DNA of 64,000 nt from Yuukianura sp. NJ FZ-2021 (taxonomy: Eukaryota): the NCBI GenBank assembly GCA_046563655.1, contig CM102285.1, forward strand, positions 8,122,001 to 8,186,000. The letters run 5' to 3'. The stretch's first letter is position 1. Every line of letters starts with the position of its first letter. Shown here one piece after another: positions 48,901 through 60,492 of this stretch. The translations under genes and the position numbers were made by a program. The notes under the pieces were generated by a model. It was not told the DNA's origin and did not search any database. It worked only from the letters and a program-made list of their open reading frames with translations.

Positions 48901-49630
48901 GTGGCAAATAACTTGGGGATGTCGCCCTCAGAAATTTCGTAAGACGTCGACTTTTGCCAATACAATTTTAGAAAAAATATGTCGCCCGACAAATGTCGCC
49001 AAGTGATGAAGGTCGCAAATGTCGCCAAGTGGCAGAATTTTTAACACTTTCCCGCCGTAACAAGTTACTTGTTTTCTAATTCATTAAATTTTACGCTAGC
49101 ATTTGGCGAGAAATGACAATTTACCTGGCGACACTAATTTTGGCGACATATACCTTCGCGACATTTATTTTGCCCACTTTGCCTGCGCAGTCTACTTTGG
49201 CGGGTTTAAACAGGACTCAACCGTTTGAAATTCCTGTAACTTATATTTATAATGTTTTCGTATAAATTGTGCTGTAAGTGTAGGTGTTTCATATTTCAAA
49301 ATATAGAATATGAATATAGAATCTATATTTACATTCTATATTTCACTCTATATTTGAGTTTGCTATAACTCTCTAATAAGTGGTCGGACGAAAATTCTAA
49401 ACGGTGAATAGGACTGTTGGAAGTGACCGGGGGATTCCCAACAAGAATGCTTCGCATTCTGGCATAACCTGTAGTCATTCCATTCTCTTTAATTCCCGGA
49501 ATAGGTTATAATAATAATTATAATTATAATAATAATTTAAGGTTAAAAGTGAGACTCGAGTATAGACTCGCCGCCCAAATTCTGGACTCGAAACTCGATT
49601 CTCAAAAACCGGACGAGTCTGCGACCCCTA
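45984..49630. mobile_element. Non-autonomous hAT-like element hosting the large palindrome
   Basis: Ends TATGGGGTCGCAAACTC and GAGTCTGCGACCCCTA, subterminal ACTCGA motifs, 8 bp TSD CCAAAAAC at 45976-45983 and 49631-49638. Confidence 0.82.
46571..49375. repeat. Two adjacent inverted copies of a ~1.4 kb TIR element rich in GGCGACATT motifs (2.8 kb imperfect palindrome)
   Basis: Copy 1 at 46571-48010 has TIR TAGAGAGTTATAGCAA...TTGCTATAACTCTCTA; copy 2 at about 48013-49375 is its diverged reverse complement lacking the inner terminal ~12 bp. Confidence 0.9.
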
Positions 49631-50429
49631 CCAAAAACATTAAAATCATTTTTGAAAAAATACAGCTCTTTTGTCTCTTTCTCCTCTTCCTTCTACAGCA
49701 CAGAAGCGAAACATACCCCTTGAAGAGGCCTTGAAGGTCAGGGGTCATCAAATTAAGCCTAGAGGGCTCATTTTCAAAAAAAAAAAAAAAGGTACGGGTG
49801 CTGCACGATTTTTTCAAAAATCTGAAAACATAGCGTCTTTTTGAGGAAAAACCAAGATGGTGGGAGGGATGACGCATCACACATCTTGAAAAAAAACAAG
49901 GACGAGACACAAGTGGAAGAAGAAATGGTGGAGCATACGTTCCCAACCGACAACAGACAAACAGACAACCAATCACACTCAGTTGCCATTGATAGTGGCG
50001 AAACTGCAAAACACTACGATTGACAAATGTAAAAATTGCAAAACTGTGCAAATGCTAATTGGCGAAATTGGAGAATACTACAAAGCAAAACATTTCGATT
50101 TGAAATGTAAACATCAATAAAAGTCAGCTAATTGACAAAAACAAATTCAAATTTTGCTCAAAACTGACATTTCAATTCAAAACAAAAACAAAACTCAGCT
50201 GTTCAACAAAAACAACTTCCAATTTGAAACTTTCGCGCCAAATTTCATTGTTTTGTTTCAAATTAAAAAAAATATCATTTGTAAATTACAAAAACTCAGT
50301 CCTAGAGGGGCAAATTGTTAATTAATAATTTTGAACGAACTTTTGAACTTGAGTTTGGTTTTGGTTCTCCTCATTGACAGTCGCAGTAGAAATTTAAGGC
50401 GATCACCGCATTCAAGCCTATATCAATCA

Positions 50430-51057
50430 TCAAATTTTGCTCAAGGATATTCCAAAAGACCAGCCTCATCGCCTCTTAAAAACGACGACAAGAAGGCCAA
50501 ACACGATGAACGAAAAGATCCATTGACCGGTACCTTTGAAGAACAAATTCGCTTTTTAGTTACACAGTTCATGCAATGACAGCCTGTGTAAGAAAGATTG
50601 AAGGGTGTGGAAACAATTGACCCAGTGGTAGTGAGTGAAAAATTTGATTCCATCGAAATTGAATTGAATAGACTTAACAAGAAAAGTATTGCGTCAAACT
50701 TAATTACTTCTGGACTCGACGAAGACGACAACGAAACAATTCCCGAACTCTACAAAAACGTGCAGACCATTTTTGAAAAACTACGGATTCGGATTCCGGA
50801 AATGGATTTCAGCCAATGTCGAAGTCTAGGAAAAAAGTCGGAGCGAGCCAGACTTGCACAGGTGAAAATGTTGCGTGAGAGAGATAAGTACACAGTACTT
50901 GAACTAAAATCATCCATTCGACAGGAGCCTTTTCTCCGGGAAATCTACATCAATCTAAAACGAACGAACATTGAGCGTACCAAAGAGGGAATACTACGTG
51001 AGGCCCGAAACAAGTTGCGGAAGAAATACCCAAGAGCAAAGTTCCAGATCCGTAATG
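50430..51057 (+). pseudogene. LINE ORF1-like remnant, truncated by the Copia insertion
   Basis: SNLITSGLDED...CRSLGKK...RLAQVKM...IYINLKRT..ER: coiled-coil plus RRM-type ORF1 pattern with in-frame stops upstream. Confidence 0.7.
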
Positions 51058-51454
51058 TGTCGAAAATAGCAAACAAGAATATGTCATAGTTATGACTCAT
51101 GATGTGTGGTAATGACCTAGGACACATTTATCTTAATTAGAATAAGAACAGGATTTGGTGGCATATTAATTATCAGGTTATTAGGTTGAGGTTAGCGTCA
51201 TTAATACAATAGGCATTGCATTAGGTCATTACGTCCTTAGACTCCAAGAACACGACGTTTTAATTAAGGTTATGCAAACATGACTAATGCTAATTGTAGG
51301 TCAGTTAAGTAGTATAAATACTGCTCTGTAAGATTGTACTGATCAGTGTGTGCCTCGTAAGCTTTGAGATAAGAAGTTTATTGTTATTCTAAATAAAATC
51401 AACAAAATCCAAAGTGTGCAGTTACAGTGATTGATTTATTCAAAATCTTCAACA

Positions 51455-51468
51455 CGTTATCAGCACGA
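51455..51468 (+). promoter_or_regulatory. PBS complementary to the anticodon arm of tRNA-Ile (half-tRNA priming)
   Basis: CGTTATCAGCACGA directly after the LTR, with no TGG. Confidence 0.7.
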
Positions 51469-51528
51469 GACTACTTCAGAGGGTTCTTTCTCGACAACAG
51501 AGAAGACGCCAAATAGAAAGAAGACACA

Positions 51529-52944
51529 ATGGCTTCCAACCCAAACTCTTCAGCAGTAGCTGTACCTGATGAGACCGTTACTAGCTATCATTTTGTCAAT
51601 AAGAAATTTGACACTGACTCTATCTAAGTTAAACGACGAAAACCACATTACCTGGAAGATGAGGCTCGAGAGTCTTTTTCGGGCTCATGACATTCTAGGC
51701 GTAGTGACAGGCACTGTACCAAGGCCTGCTACGACAGGGGCAGACCAAACAAAATGGGACCGACAGAATAACGAAGCCATAACGAGCATTTATTTATGCA
51801 TCAAAGATAAGGAACTTGGCCCCATCGCAGGTTGTTCCACAGCTTCAGAAGCTTGGAACAAATTGGCTACCATACACCAAGATGTAAGTGGTGAGTCCAA
51901 AGGTTTACTGTGGCAAAAATTTTATAACGTGAAAACTAGTAGTGACAAAAATGCACTACAAGCAATGATTGAAATACAAAACATCGCGGTCCAATTGAGG
52001 ACGTTAGGTTCTACAGTAGACGAAGAATCAGAAGTATCAAGGGTCATCACTAGTTTAGATGACGGCAGATACAAGCACTTTAAAGAAGCATGGAAATCAG
52101 TTGAAAGTTCTAAAAGAACTACTGGAAATTTACTGTCCAGGCTTAAAGCTTTGGACATTGATAAGTCAGCAGAATCAAAAACAGAGGAAAGTAAGTCAAA
52201 GTCGTTTTTCTCTAATGAAGGAAAAGCGGGAAAATTCAAAAACCAAAACTACAAGGACAAATCAAATGACATTTGTAAAAACTGTTCCAAAAAGGGACAC
52301 TGGGCCAGGGATTGCTTCTGGAATAAAGCTTCAGTCTCTCATAAGCATATCCCTAAGGGCACTAAAATTCGTCCTTATACTGGTTCTTGGAAAAGAGATC
52401 CAAATTATGTCCCAAATGAGCAAGCAAAGAGGGACACAAGAGAAAAGCATGCATACATGGTATGGCAAGCAGATGACCTCGCTGAACAATGGATTAATGA
52501 CTCCAACACTACTGTGGAAATCGAGAGTGGTTCTCCGATTTCACAGTCTATGAAGAGCCAAAACGGATTTCTTTGGCCAATAACTCTTGTAGCCATGCCG
52601 TTGGATTCGGTACAGTCAAAGTAAAGGCTTTAAAACAAGGGAGATGGGAAGTGATTGAACTACAGAATGTGGACTATGTTCCACAAGGAGTAAACCTTGT
52701 CTCAGAAAACGTGCTTCTGGAGAAAGGTTTCGAAGTCGTTAAAAACAAGTATGGAGACATAACGTTTTCTGGAATAACGAACCAGATATTGAAGCCGTCA
52801 GGAAAGATGGGCTTCAGATTATGAAATTTCGACCTATAAGGAGACATGCGTTTACTTGTATCAAAGAAGTGACATGGCACAAGCGCCTTGCTCACATTAA
52901 TGGCGAATTCATAAAACTTACAAAAGAAAAAGAAGCCGCCCTTG
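51529..52944 (+). pseudogene. Copia gag-protease-(pre)integrase, frameshifted
   Basis: KLNDENHITWKMRLESLF, ASEAWNKLATIH, CKNCSKKGHWARDC knuckle, WINDS, AVGFGTV, LQNVDYVP..NLVS, WHKRLAHIN. Confidence 0.9.
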
Positions 52945-53645
52945 TGTCAGCTCCTAAACCGGGCCAGAACGGCGGATTTAGGAGTGACATGATTTCCGCC
53001 TAACTTGGAAGAACCTCCAAGGTCGCTTCCAAGTTCGGCGGGATTCGGTTTCACGAGTTGCCCGGAAATCCTAGCAGAGTCATCTCCTGATTAGGAGATG
53101 ACCCAGTTTCCTCTAAAAATAGAGACTCAGATTTGCAAATCCTGATTTGCAAATCAGGATTTGCAAATCTGAATCTCGAGAGAGTGAGAAGACGAGAGAG
53201 GAAGGAAGAAGATTGGCTAAGGGAAAGCGGAGTGATCTCGGCCTCAGGGAGAGTTCCCTTAGCCGAGATCACCCGCCTAACCCAACTTAACCCGGACTTG
53301 ACCTCTCACCCACTGGAGGTTGCGGAGACCCTCCGACGTGTTCTCGTGAGTGTGGAAATAAAAAGTGTGCAACAAAACTTTCTCCAGAGCTCTTCCGGAG
53401 TCTTCTTTAGTTGGTTAGAAGCGATGTGGTTAGAGGAGCTTTCTGTTCTGGTCTCCGCTTTCTCCAGATTGACCTCGCAACTCACACGAGCCCTGATCCA
53501 GTCACCGTCCGAGATCCAGTCCGATACCTCTCGGGCCACAGTTATCATGGTGAGGTCTAACATACATTCTCTCATTTCCTCCCGGGAGCCTCGGGGTTAC
53601 CCCCTCGGTATCCGCGGGGTTCACAGAAGAGGTGGGAGCTTGACA
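52945..53645 (+). repeat. LTR-like sequence (701 bp) of an unidentified element
   Basis: Inverted ends TGTCAGCTCC...GGAGCTTGACA, AATAAA at about 53357; begins exactly where Copia homology stops. No TSD or clear PBS/PPT. Confidence 0.65.
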
Positions 53646-54799
53646 GTCAGCCCAAGGAACAGGCCTGTCAAGTGCTCACATCTTTTATGGTCCTTTTCGA
53701 ACGCGGATTTTTTTTCTCAGAAATGGTTTGAAATTGTATGCGTGTGATCCTTTAGTTCTCCCTCTAATACTTACGGCCCATGACAACTGTACCCTCCCCC
53801 TCCTTCTGCTTCTTTCCAAAAATACAATTCCCAGGGAAGAAAGCCAGATGTAAACTGGAAGATGTCCAAATATGGCCATCCTCACGCCCGGGCTTCAAAT
53901 TTCGGTAGGTCCTAATTTAACAACTTACGCACTCTCCTTCCTCACAATATGCAGATCCGTAGTTTTTAGTGTTGCTCTAACTCTCATGCCGTATCCACCT
54001 CTTTACACTTACGTAGCATGCATAATGCTAAGTACAACAGTTATCTTATCCACAGATTTACCAGGAGTGGCTTAGTACCAAACTCACCAGTAGTAGCTAT
54101 TGTTAACTAACTTCCGACAGTTCCGTTAAGTGACCACCTCGAAATCAAATACACCTTAACAATTGGCAGTGACACTCAGCATTGACCTCAGTCAAAGTCA
54201 CGTTCAGTGAAAGTAACAGGGACAGGTTGTGCTAACAGCGCCCAGTCTCCAGACCACATCACCGCACTCCACCTCCCCCTCCGATCACCAGCGACAAGGA
54301 CTACCTTGACCACGAAAGAGGGAAGTGACACGAAAATCCTGCTCATCAGTTTATCACTTTCACTGAGACACCCCACATCGTTCTCGTACGGTTCCACCTC
54401 TCGGTTTCATACCTTCGGCCACTCACAGGATACCCAAACTCCACATCTTAAAACTGCTCGAAGCGACCTTGGAACGACTCAACACCCTCGGAGCCCATTA
54501 CCACTCTCGCAGCCTTCATCAACTCGCTTCTGGGATGACCCGCTCCACCTCGACCGGAAACTAATCAACCCTACTGGAGGCCGCATCATCACCCGCTCAG
54601 CTAAGCTAACTTTTCTGCAATAATCATAATTATAAAAGCATCTCTAAGCTAGTATCACGTACTTAAGTCTCCGTTATCTTAAGTCTAAGTCTCTTCTTCC
54701 AGCATTCGTCTTTTCACTCTGTAGGGAGTGGCCTTCACTTTCCCACTTTCACTTTCATTCTTTCTTTCCTCGAACGAACGTAGGGGGGCAACCAACTAA

Positions 54800-55163
54800 G
54801 AATTTTAAATTGGCACAAGGTGTCACCACCACCTTTCGCCTGCGCGAATTTTAAATTGGCACAAGGTGTCACCACCGCCTTTCGCCTGCGCGAATTTTAA
54901 ATTGGCACAAGGTGTCACCACCACCTTTCGCCCGCGCGAATTTTAAATTGGCACAAGGTCTCACCACCACCTTTCGCCCGCGCGAATTTTAAATTGGCAC
55001 AAGGTGTCACCACCACCTTTCGCCTGCGCGAATTTTAAATTGGCACAAGGTGTCACCACCACCTTTCGCCCGCGCGAATTTTAAATTGGCACAAGGTGTC
55101 ACCACCACCTTTCGCCTGCGCGAATTTAAAAATCGGCACAAGGGGTCACAACCACCTTTCGCC
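54800..55163. repeat. Tandem array, about 8 copies of a 46 bp unit
   Basis: GAATTTTAAATTGGCACAAGGTGTCACCACCACCTTTCGCC(T/C)GCGC starts at 54800, 54846, 54892, 54938, 54984, 55030, 55076, 55122. Confidence 0.97.
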
Positions 55164-55374
55164 TTACCACTTTAAATTCGCAACTAGGTAACACCAACTA
55201 CTGTACGCCTTGCAAATTTCAATTCGTAGTTGGGGATCCACACTACACTTTACACTCACAGACGCCACACCTACTTACTTTTGGGAAACGCTCATACATT
55301 GACCAGCATTACGAAATTCATTTTACAACTTAGTAGTCCGCTTCGGAGTCCTTACTTTTGTCTGGGGCAGGTGT

Positions 55375-56031
55375 ATGGCCACCTCGGAATACTTCATATA
55401 TCTACCTCATTTCACCAAACCCATCCTACCGAGGCAGGACGACGGAGCCTCTCCAGCCGCGGCACGTTTGCTACGATATAACACTGAATTCCAGTTGCCG
55501 TGTGTGTATTGCGATTGTACGTATGAGGAACCTTTTATCAAGATCAACTCCTTAGACCGCCCTCCAACTACGCATCGTTGGCAATTCTCTCGGGAGCACT
55601 TACGCTACTCCCCCGTTGCCTTAGCACCCCCTCAGGGCATACCTAACCTTCATCCACATTTATATCCCTCACCTCAACCCTGCCTTTCCATTAACCGCTT
55701 GGAAGATCTCCTTTGCTTAAATTGTCAACTTGATCTTCATTATAATCAAGGATCATTACACTTCGATCCCAAGTTCGCACAAAGCCAATATCTTTCTCCT
55801 CGGGAACTCCGAGACGAACTTCTGCGATCGGTGTGGGTTGTTCAGCAACAAAAGAGAACCATTGCAGATCTCGTACATCAATTAGCATCCACAAACGCTA
55901 CGGAGCACCCCATCCCGGACCTTCCTCAGCCAGAGTCGCCTTCCTCTCTATCCTTAACCCCAACCCCCCAACGCAAGTCGAAGCGTAAACGACCATCTAT
56001 GGGTGGCCGGAGGTCGTCACGACAGAAGTAA
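55375..56031 (+). CDS. Orphan 218 aa protein with two CxxC pairs, coiled-coil and basic NLS-like tail (paralog 1)
   Basis: PCVYCD..YEE.F, HRWQ, LCLNCQLDL and SPRELRDELL are shared with the next ORF; tail RKSKRKRP. Confidence 0.75.
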   Translation: MATSEYFIYLPHFTKPILPRQDDGASPAAARLLRYNTEFQLPCVYCDCTYEEPFIKINSLDRPPTTHRWQFSREHLRYSPVALAPPQGIPNLHPHLYPSPQPCLSINRLEDLLCLNCQLDLHYNQGSLHFDPKFAQSQYLSPRELRDELLRSVWVVQQQKRTIADLVHQLASTNATEHPIPDLPQPESPSSLSLTPTPQRKSKRKRPSMGGRRSSRQK

Positions 56032-56078
56032 ATGACTATCCCTAATTATGGATCCCTTCAGAGTTCGGTATTCCAAGG

Positions 56079-56855
56079 TTGGTTCGGTTAGGCGTGAGTT
56101 CGGTTAGCATTAGTCCAGGTCATCCGCCATTCCACACGGAGGTAGCCAGTTGCCACGGTCGGCTGAGAGATCACTCAACCGGTCAATACCAAGCCTCAGT
56201 ACTAACTAGCGGGAGTTGTACACCCCAACCGCCACTACGGAACCCCCACTACGTCAACGTCCCCACTTCTATCACCCCGCCCACCCCCCAACTGGACGAC
56301 GGGACTTACTCTAAGGCCAAGGCTATTGCAGCCTACACCAACAAGTTTGAATTCCCTTGTGTGTACTGTGACTCAGTATATGAAGAAGTCTTCCTTAAAC
56401 GCCCAGAAATAGTCAGACGTTTCATGGTACACAGATGGCAGTATGTCGACTATCAATTTGTGGCAGCTGACGTAGACATAGCCCAGGGCCCAACCTTACA
56501 TGATTCCTTACGTAGAAGCCATCCTTTAGCCACACCTCGCTTAATTTTAAATAAGGTAAACGATCAGCTGTGCCTCCAGTGTCAGGTGGACCTGGCTCAA
56601 CATGGACGTATCCAATTCTGCCCAATGAATGCCCAAACACGCAATATGTCCCCGCGCGAACTCCGCGACGAGCTATTGAAAGCCACGATTATTTGTAACG
56701 AACGGGCCATTCGCATTCGAGACCTGGAAGACCAACTCGCGTTCCGAGACGGTGTTGGGGCGGATACCCCAGACGACTCCAGTGCAGACTCAGCATCTTC
56801 AGCATCTGAGGCTCCTCTCTCTCCAGATACGGACGACGACGCAAGGTCATCCTAA
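56079..56855 (+). CDS. Orphan protein, paralog 2 with acidic tail (start uncertain)
   Basis: PCVYCDSVYEEVF, HRWQ, LCLQCQVDL, SPRELRDELL; no in-frame ATG before the conserved domain. Confidence 0.72.
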   Translation: MVRLGVSSVSISPGHPPFHTEVASCHGRLRDHSTGQYQASVLTSGSCTPQPPLRNPHYVNVPTSITPPTPQLDDGTYSKAKAIAAYTNKFEFPCVYCDSVYEEVFLKRPEIVRRFMVHRWQYVDYQFVAADVDIAQGPTLHDSLRRSHPLATPRLILNKVNDQLCLQCQVDLAQHGRIQFCPMNAQTRNMSPRELRDELLKATIICNERAIRIRDLEDQLAFRDGVGADTPDDSSADSASSASEAPLSPDTDDDARSS

Positions 56856-57227
56856 CATTTACCTACCCTCACACCTTTCTCCACCCGTCCAATCCTTCTC
56901 CCACCTTACATGGCGACCCTCACCTAACATTACCTAATACACCCCCACCTTACGCTCGTATCCCTCTCCTGCAGCCAGAACTCTTCATCCTCCTTGCTAC
57001 GAAAAGTCACGAGTCTCAAGGGCATCCTCCCTGAACCCCACTGTGTACGCCAAAGGCCAGCACTGAGAAGGCTTCTCCCGCGTGGAGACTGAGACCTCAG
57101 GCTGCGTATCCTGCGGCTGCAGCTGGTAAAGACGGCCTTGGCTCTGACCCTTGAGCGAGACTTTTAGGAGAACCTTCCATCCCATTCCCTCTCCTCCGCC
57201 AGCTCACCCAAGAACTACTCCTTGTCC

Positions 57228-58054
57228 TCAACTACCTTTTAAGCGGTCCTTTTCTAAAATCGTCTGAAAAGGGTCCAGATACTCTTCTTGTAGTCCGGCC
57301 AGATTGACTTTCTCGTACACGAGGGGATTTAAAGTGAGTGAATTATTTCTAGTAAGGGTGTGCAGACTGGGATATGTAACACCATGGATAATTATATTGT
57401 TTCTGTTATGATTTCTCTTCTTCCGCTTTCTCTGCTTCTCAATTTGTGGCTCGGGCTCCAGGGCTGCTCCTGTAAACGCCGTGTGAGGCTCGTTATTTTT
57501 GTTTGGGTTAAACGTTCTCTTGATGAGTCTGTCGATGTGACTTCGAATTTTCAGTAATTGTGTGGAAGTTGGAATCTCCAGAAATTTCTCCAAGATTTTT
57601 TTGGTATCGAAAACATCAGTTGGACGAAAATGTTTAACAGGCGTCTGTGAATCTGATATTGGGCGTCCCATTTTCCAAGGCTGATTAGGATGGCTGTCAA
57701 TTAAACACACTTCGTGTCCCTTCGACAACTATGACCACCGGACTCTCGGCACCAATTATGTGAGGCACTCTTTCCTCACGGCTATAAGGCTCCAAGCTAC
57801 TGCATTGGTTTAGTCACAACCAGCATCCCGCTGCATCCTCTCCTAGTCACCAAGGGCCGGTCACTCGACCGACAATCAATCCCTTTTCTTACGCCCTTTT
57901 TGTAGCCGTCCTCGGCCACGACAGAAAACAACCCCAAACCCCTTCTCTCGATTCCTACGCTCTATTCTATGTTGAATTACTTAAATCTACTTTTAAAGTC
58001 ACAATTTTTTTTAAGTATCCCAATCTGAGCTTTAACTGGACGGGAATCCGCTTC
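57228..58054 (-). mobile_element. 5' end of a minus-strand LTR element: partial LTR, PBS and first ORF
   Basis: On minus ...GTGCCTCACA (edge at 57759) then TGGTGCCGAGAGTCCGG (57754-57738, tRNA-Phe/His-like PBS), then a basic 166 aa ORF at 57228-57728. Confidence 0.6.
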
Positions 58055-58521
58055 TGTAAGGTAAGGTAGGGCAATCTTCCTCTTTGTGCGTCGCCCTAGG
58101 TAGACAGCGTAAACTGGCTTCACGCCTAGACCCTACAACCCCATCCCCTACCCAAGCGCCCCATCCCTGTCCTCCACATCCGCTCACTCATCAGATCCCT
58201 TCCATAGCAAGTCCCGACTCGAGCTAATTCTGCTGGCCATCGTCGGTCAGTTGGCATCCACCCAGCATCATATGGATAACATTGTGGGCAACGATTTGTT
58301 GTTGTGAAACTGAGCCATACGGACAGGTTTGGCTATCCAAGCTTTCTTCCACTCTTTCGTCATCTAGGGATAGGCACGCCCGTCTAGGGACGAAATCCCA
58401 GAGTTTTGGCGACCGTCCACCCTGACACGCGATTCCAACAAGACATCCGATCCTCGGGTTCGCCACTCCCATATAAGGCGACATCTAATTTTGGCAACAC
58501 GTCCGGGCTCCTAGCTCCCAC

Positions 58522-59134
58522 ATGGCGTTGGAACATTGGGACGGCCGGATTCGAAACCTTAAAAGGACAGGCAAAGATATAATTTTAAATATCTGCAACA
58601 CCGAGGGAACTTGGCACGACCGCAACGAGCTTTGGGCTCTTTCTCTTGCTCCCAAAACGGGATATTTATATCTTTCCGTGCCAACTTGGCAAGACTCAAA
58701 TTTGGCAGATTGGCAAGGGTTTTTGGGTTGCCAACCTCATAGTTGAAACTGATCCAAATGGCAGCGATTCCTTCCAGCATTTCTCCTTCTATAAAGCCCT
58801 GCGAAAGATTCGGAGCTTCGTTCAGTTCTCTCGAAGCACCGTCCCCTTCCAGATCCTGAACTCCGAATACTACTTAGCACAGTATTTTTCTATACGTAAG
58901 ACACTGATTGAAGTACTAGTGAACCATCGAGTGGTAGTCCATCTCTACGGACCACATCGTCCATCCTACTCTCTCACCTATACCATACCTCCGAACATAT
59001 TTCGCGACAAGCCAAAACCACCGTGTCCACCGGCTCCCTGCATTCGCTTTACGGCCATTGCCTGCTCTTCTACATCACCTACTCCGACCAACGAGGTTAG
59101 CAATTCATACATTGTCCAATCTCCACCTTCATAA
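58522..59134 (+). CDS. Extra ORF (~200 aa) upstream of Gypsy gag, one T-run frameshift
   Basis: ORFs 58522-58746 and 58646-59134 join at GGGTTTTTGGG (about 58717-58727); the stop is 2 nt before the gag ATG. Confidence 0.5.
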
Positions 59135-59136
59135 CA

Positions 59137-60492
59137 ATGTCCACTCCGAACACTCCTCCTAACCCTACACCATCCCTTCCAACGAACCCCCCATCCAATC
59201 CAGCCACTCCTTCGGGAGGGCATCAGGTCATCCAACCGAGCCGATTGAACCACCTATTTAACAACACACCGGCGCCTATCCCATCATCGTCCACGGCAGC
59301 CACTATCCAAACCCCCCAATCCATCCCATCTACTGCTCCTATCGTTAGAGTCACCGTAAAGTACCCTAAGTTTGGTGGAACTCCGAAGGAGGATGTCCAC
59401 AAATTCCTTATGTTATACGAGATGTCATGTATGGCTAACCGTCTTATCGAAAACACTTGGGCATTGTATCTCGGTGAGGCACTCGAAAACATAGCGGGCG
59501 ACTGGTTTCGCCACTACGTTTTTGAGTTGCAGAAAAACAATCAAATAGCTATCCTAAATTACGCAGAAATTAAAGAAAAACTTATAGCCATCTTTGGCTC
59601 GCGCGATTCTATTGCGGCCGAAGAGAAGGCCAATAATCGCAAACAGACTCTCAGCGAGAGTACAGAGGCTTATGTCTTCGATCTGCTGAACCTCCTAAAT
59701 CAAATTGATCCCGAGATGTCCGAATCTCGTAAACTACGATATTTAATTCGCAATTTAAAGCCTTCTTATCTCCATCAAGTAGCCTTACTTAAGCCATCAA
59801 CAGTTCAAGAATTTTTGCAAATCATGAAGCGAGTCGAAGAGGCCCGCTCAATGGTTTCACACCAAGCCGACATTAATGTTGTCCAAGACATTGTATCCAA
59901 CTCAGTTGATAACTTAGCTCTAGGTAAGCGATGCGCCGACCTCTAACTTAAGATCAACAACTTGCTAGCTGCGCCATCTTTGGCAACCTCGCCCCAACAA
60001 CATCAGCGCATTTACCCGACTTTACCAAATAATTTCATCGAGACGACTAACATCGTGCAGGATCCGAATTTGTACATTGGCCCAAGCCAGTTTGGCACTA
60101 ACACCCGGACCGGAGGCTATTCAAAGCCCCTCCGGCAACGACGGCAGGGACCTCCAGCGGGCTCTAACTCCACCACTTCTCAACAATGCTATCGGTGTAA
60201 GTTAGGGGGCCATATTGCGCGCAACTGTACACAAACTGCTTGCGAAAAATGCGACCAGTTTGGTCATACTACGCAGGATTGTAAGTTGACTCAATTCTGC
60301 CCATATCACAACACGACTCGCCACTCCGCGAGCCAGTGTCGCGCACTAGCTGCTCAGCGTCAGCAACAATACTGCGAGCATCACAATAGCACAACACACT
60401 CTACTGCCGACTGCCGCGCAAAAAACTTCAATGGGCAGGCTCCGCCCAACGCAGCGAGCCTGCCCAGGCCAGACCTTCAGCGTCCTCAATAA
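59137..60492 (+). CDS. Gypsy gag (frameshift near 59930-59960) with four zinc knuckles
   Basis: PKFGG..EDVHKFL, A.DWF, RKQ..ESTEAY; CYRC..GHIARNC, CEKC..GHTTQDC, CPYH..RHSASQC, CEHH..THSTADC. Confidence 0.9.

Larger units (their letters stand above)
51058..52944 (+). mobile_element. Ty1/Copia retrotransposon, 5' half (LTR, PBS, gag, protease, pre-integrase)
   Basis: LTR 51058-51454 (TGTCGAA...TTCAACA, TATAAA near 51313, AATAAA near 51391), PBS 51455-51468, gag-pol from ATG 51529; cut at 52945 by another LTR. Confidence 0.92.

Noticed and set aside
46900..49050. Track ORFs with GDIAI/ATLQL/NCN repeats as repeat proteins
   Set aside because: They are translations of the GGCGACATT DNA motif, open in several frames on both strands inside a TIR element.
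49506..49536. (TAA)n tract, also (CT)n near 25092
   Set aside because: Ordinary short microsatellites.
54800..55163. CRISPR-like array
   Set aside because: Units are contiguous with no unique spacers, there are no cas genes, and the context is eukaryotic.
52945..57759. One element bounded by the LTRs at 52945 and 57759
   Set aside because: The two LTR sequences do not align, so they belong to different elements.
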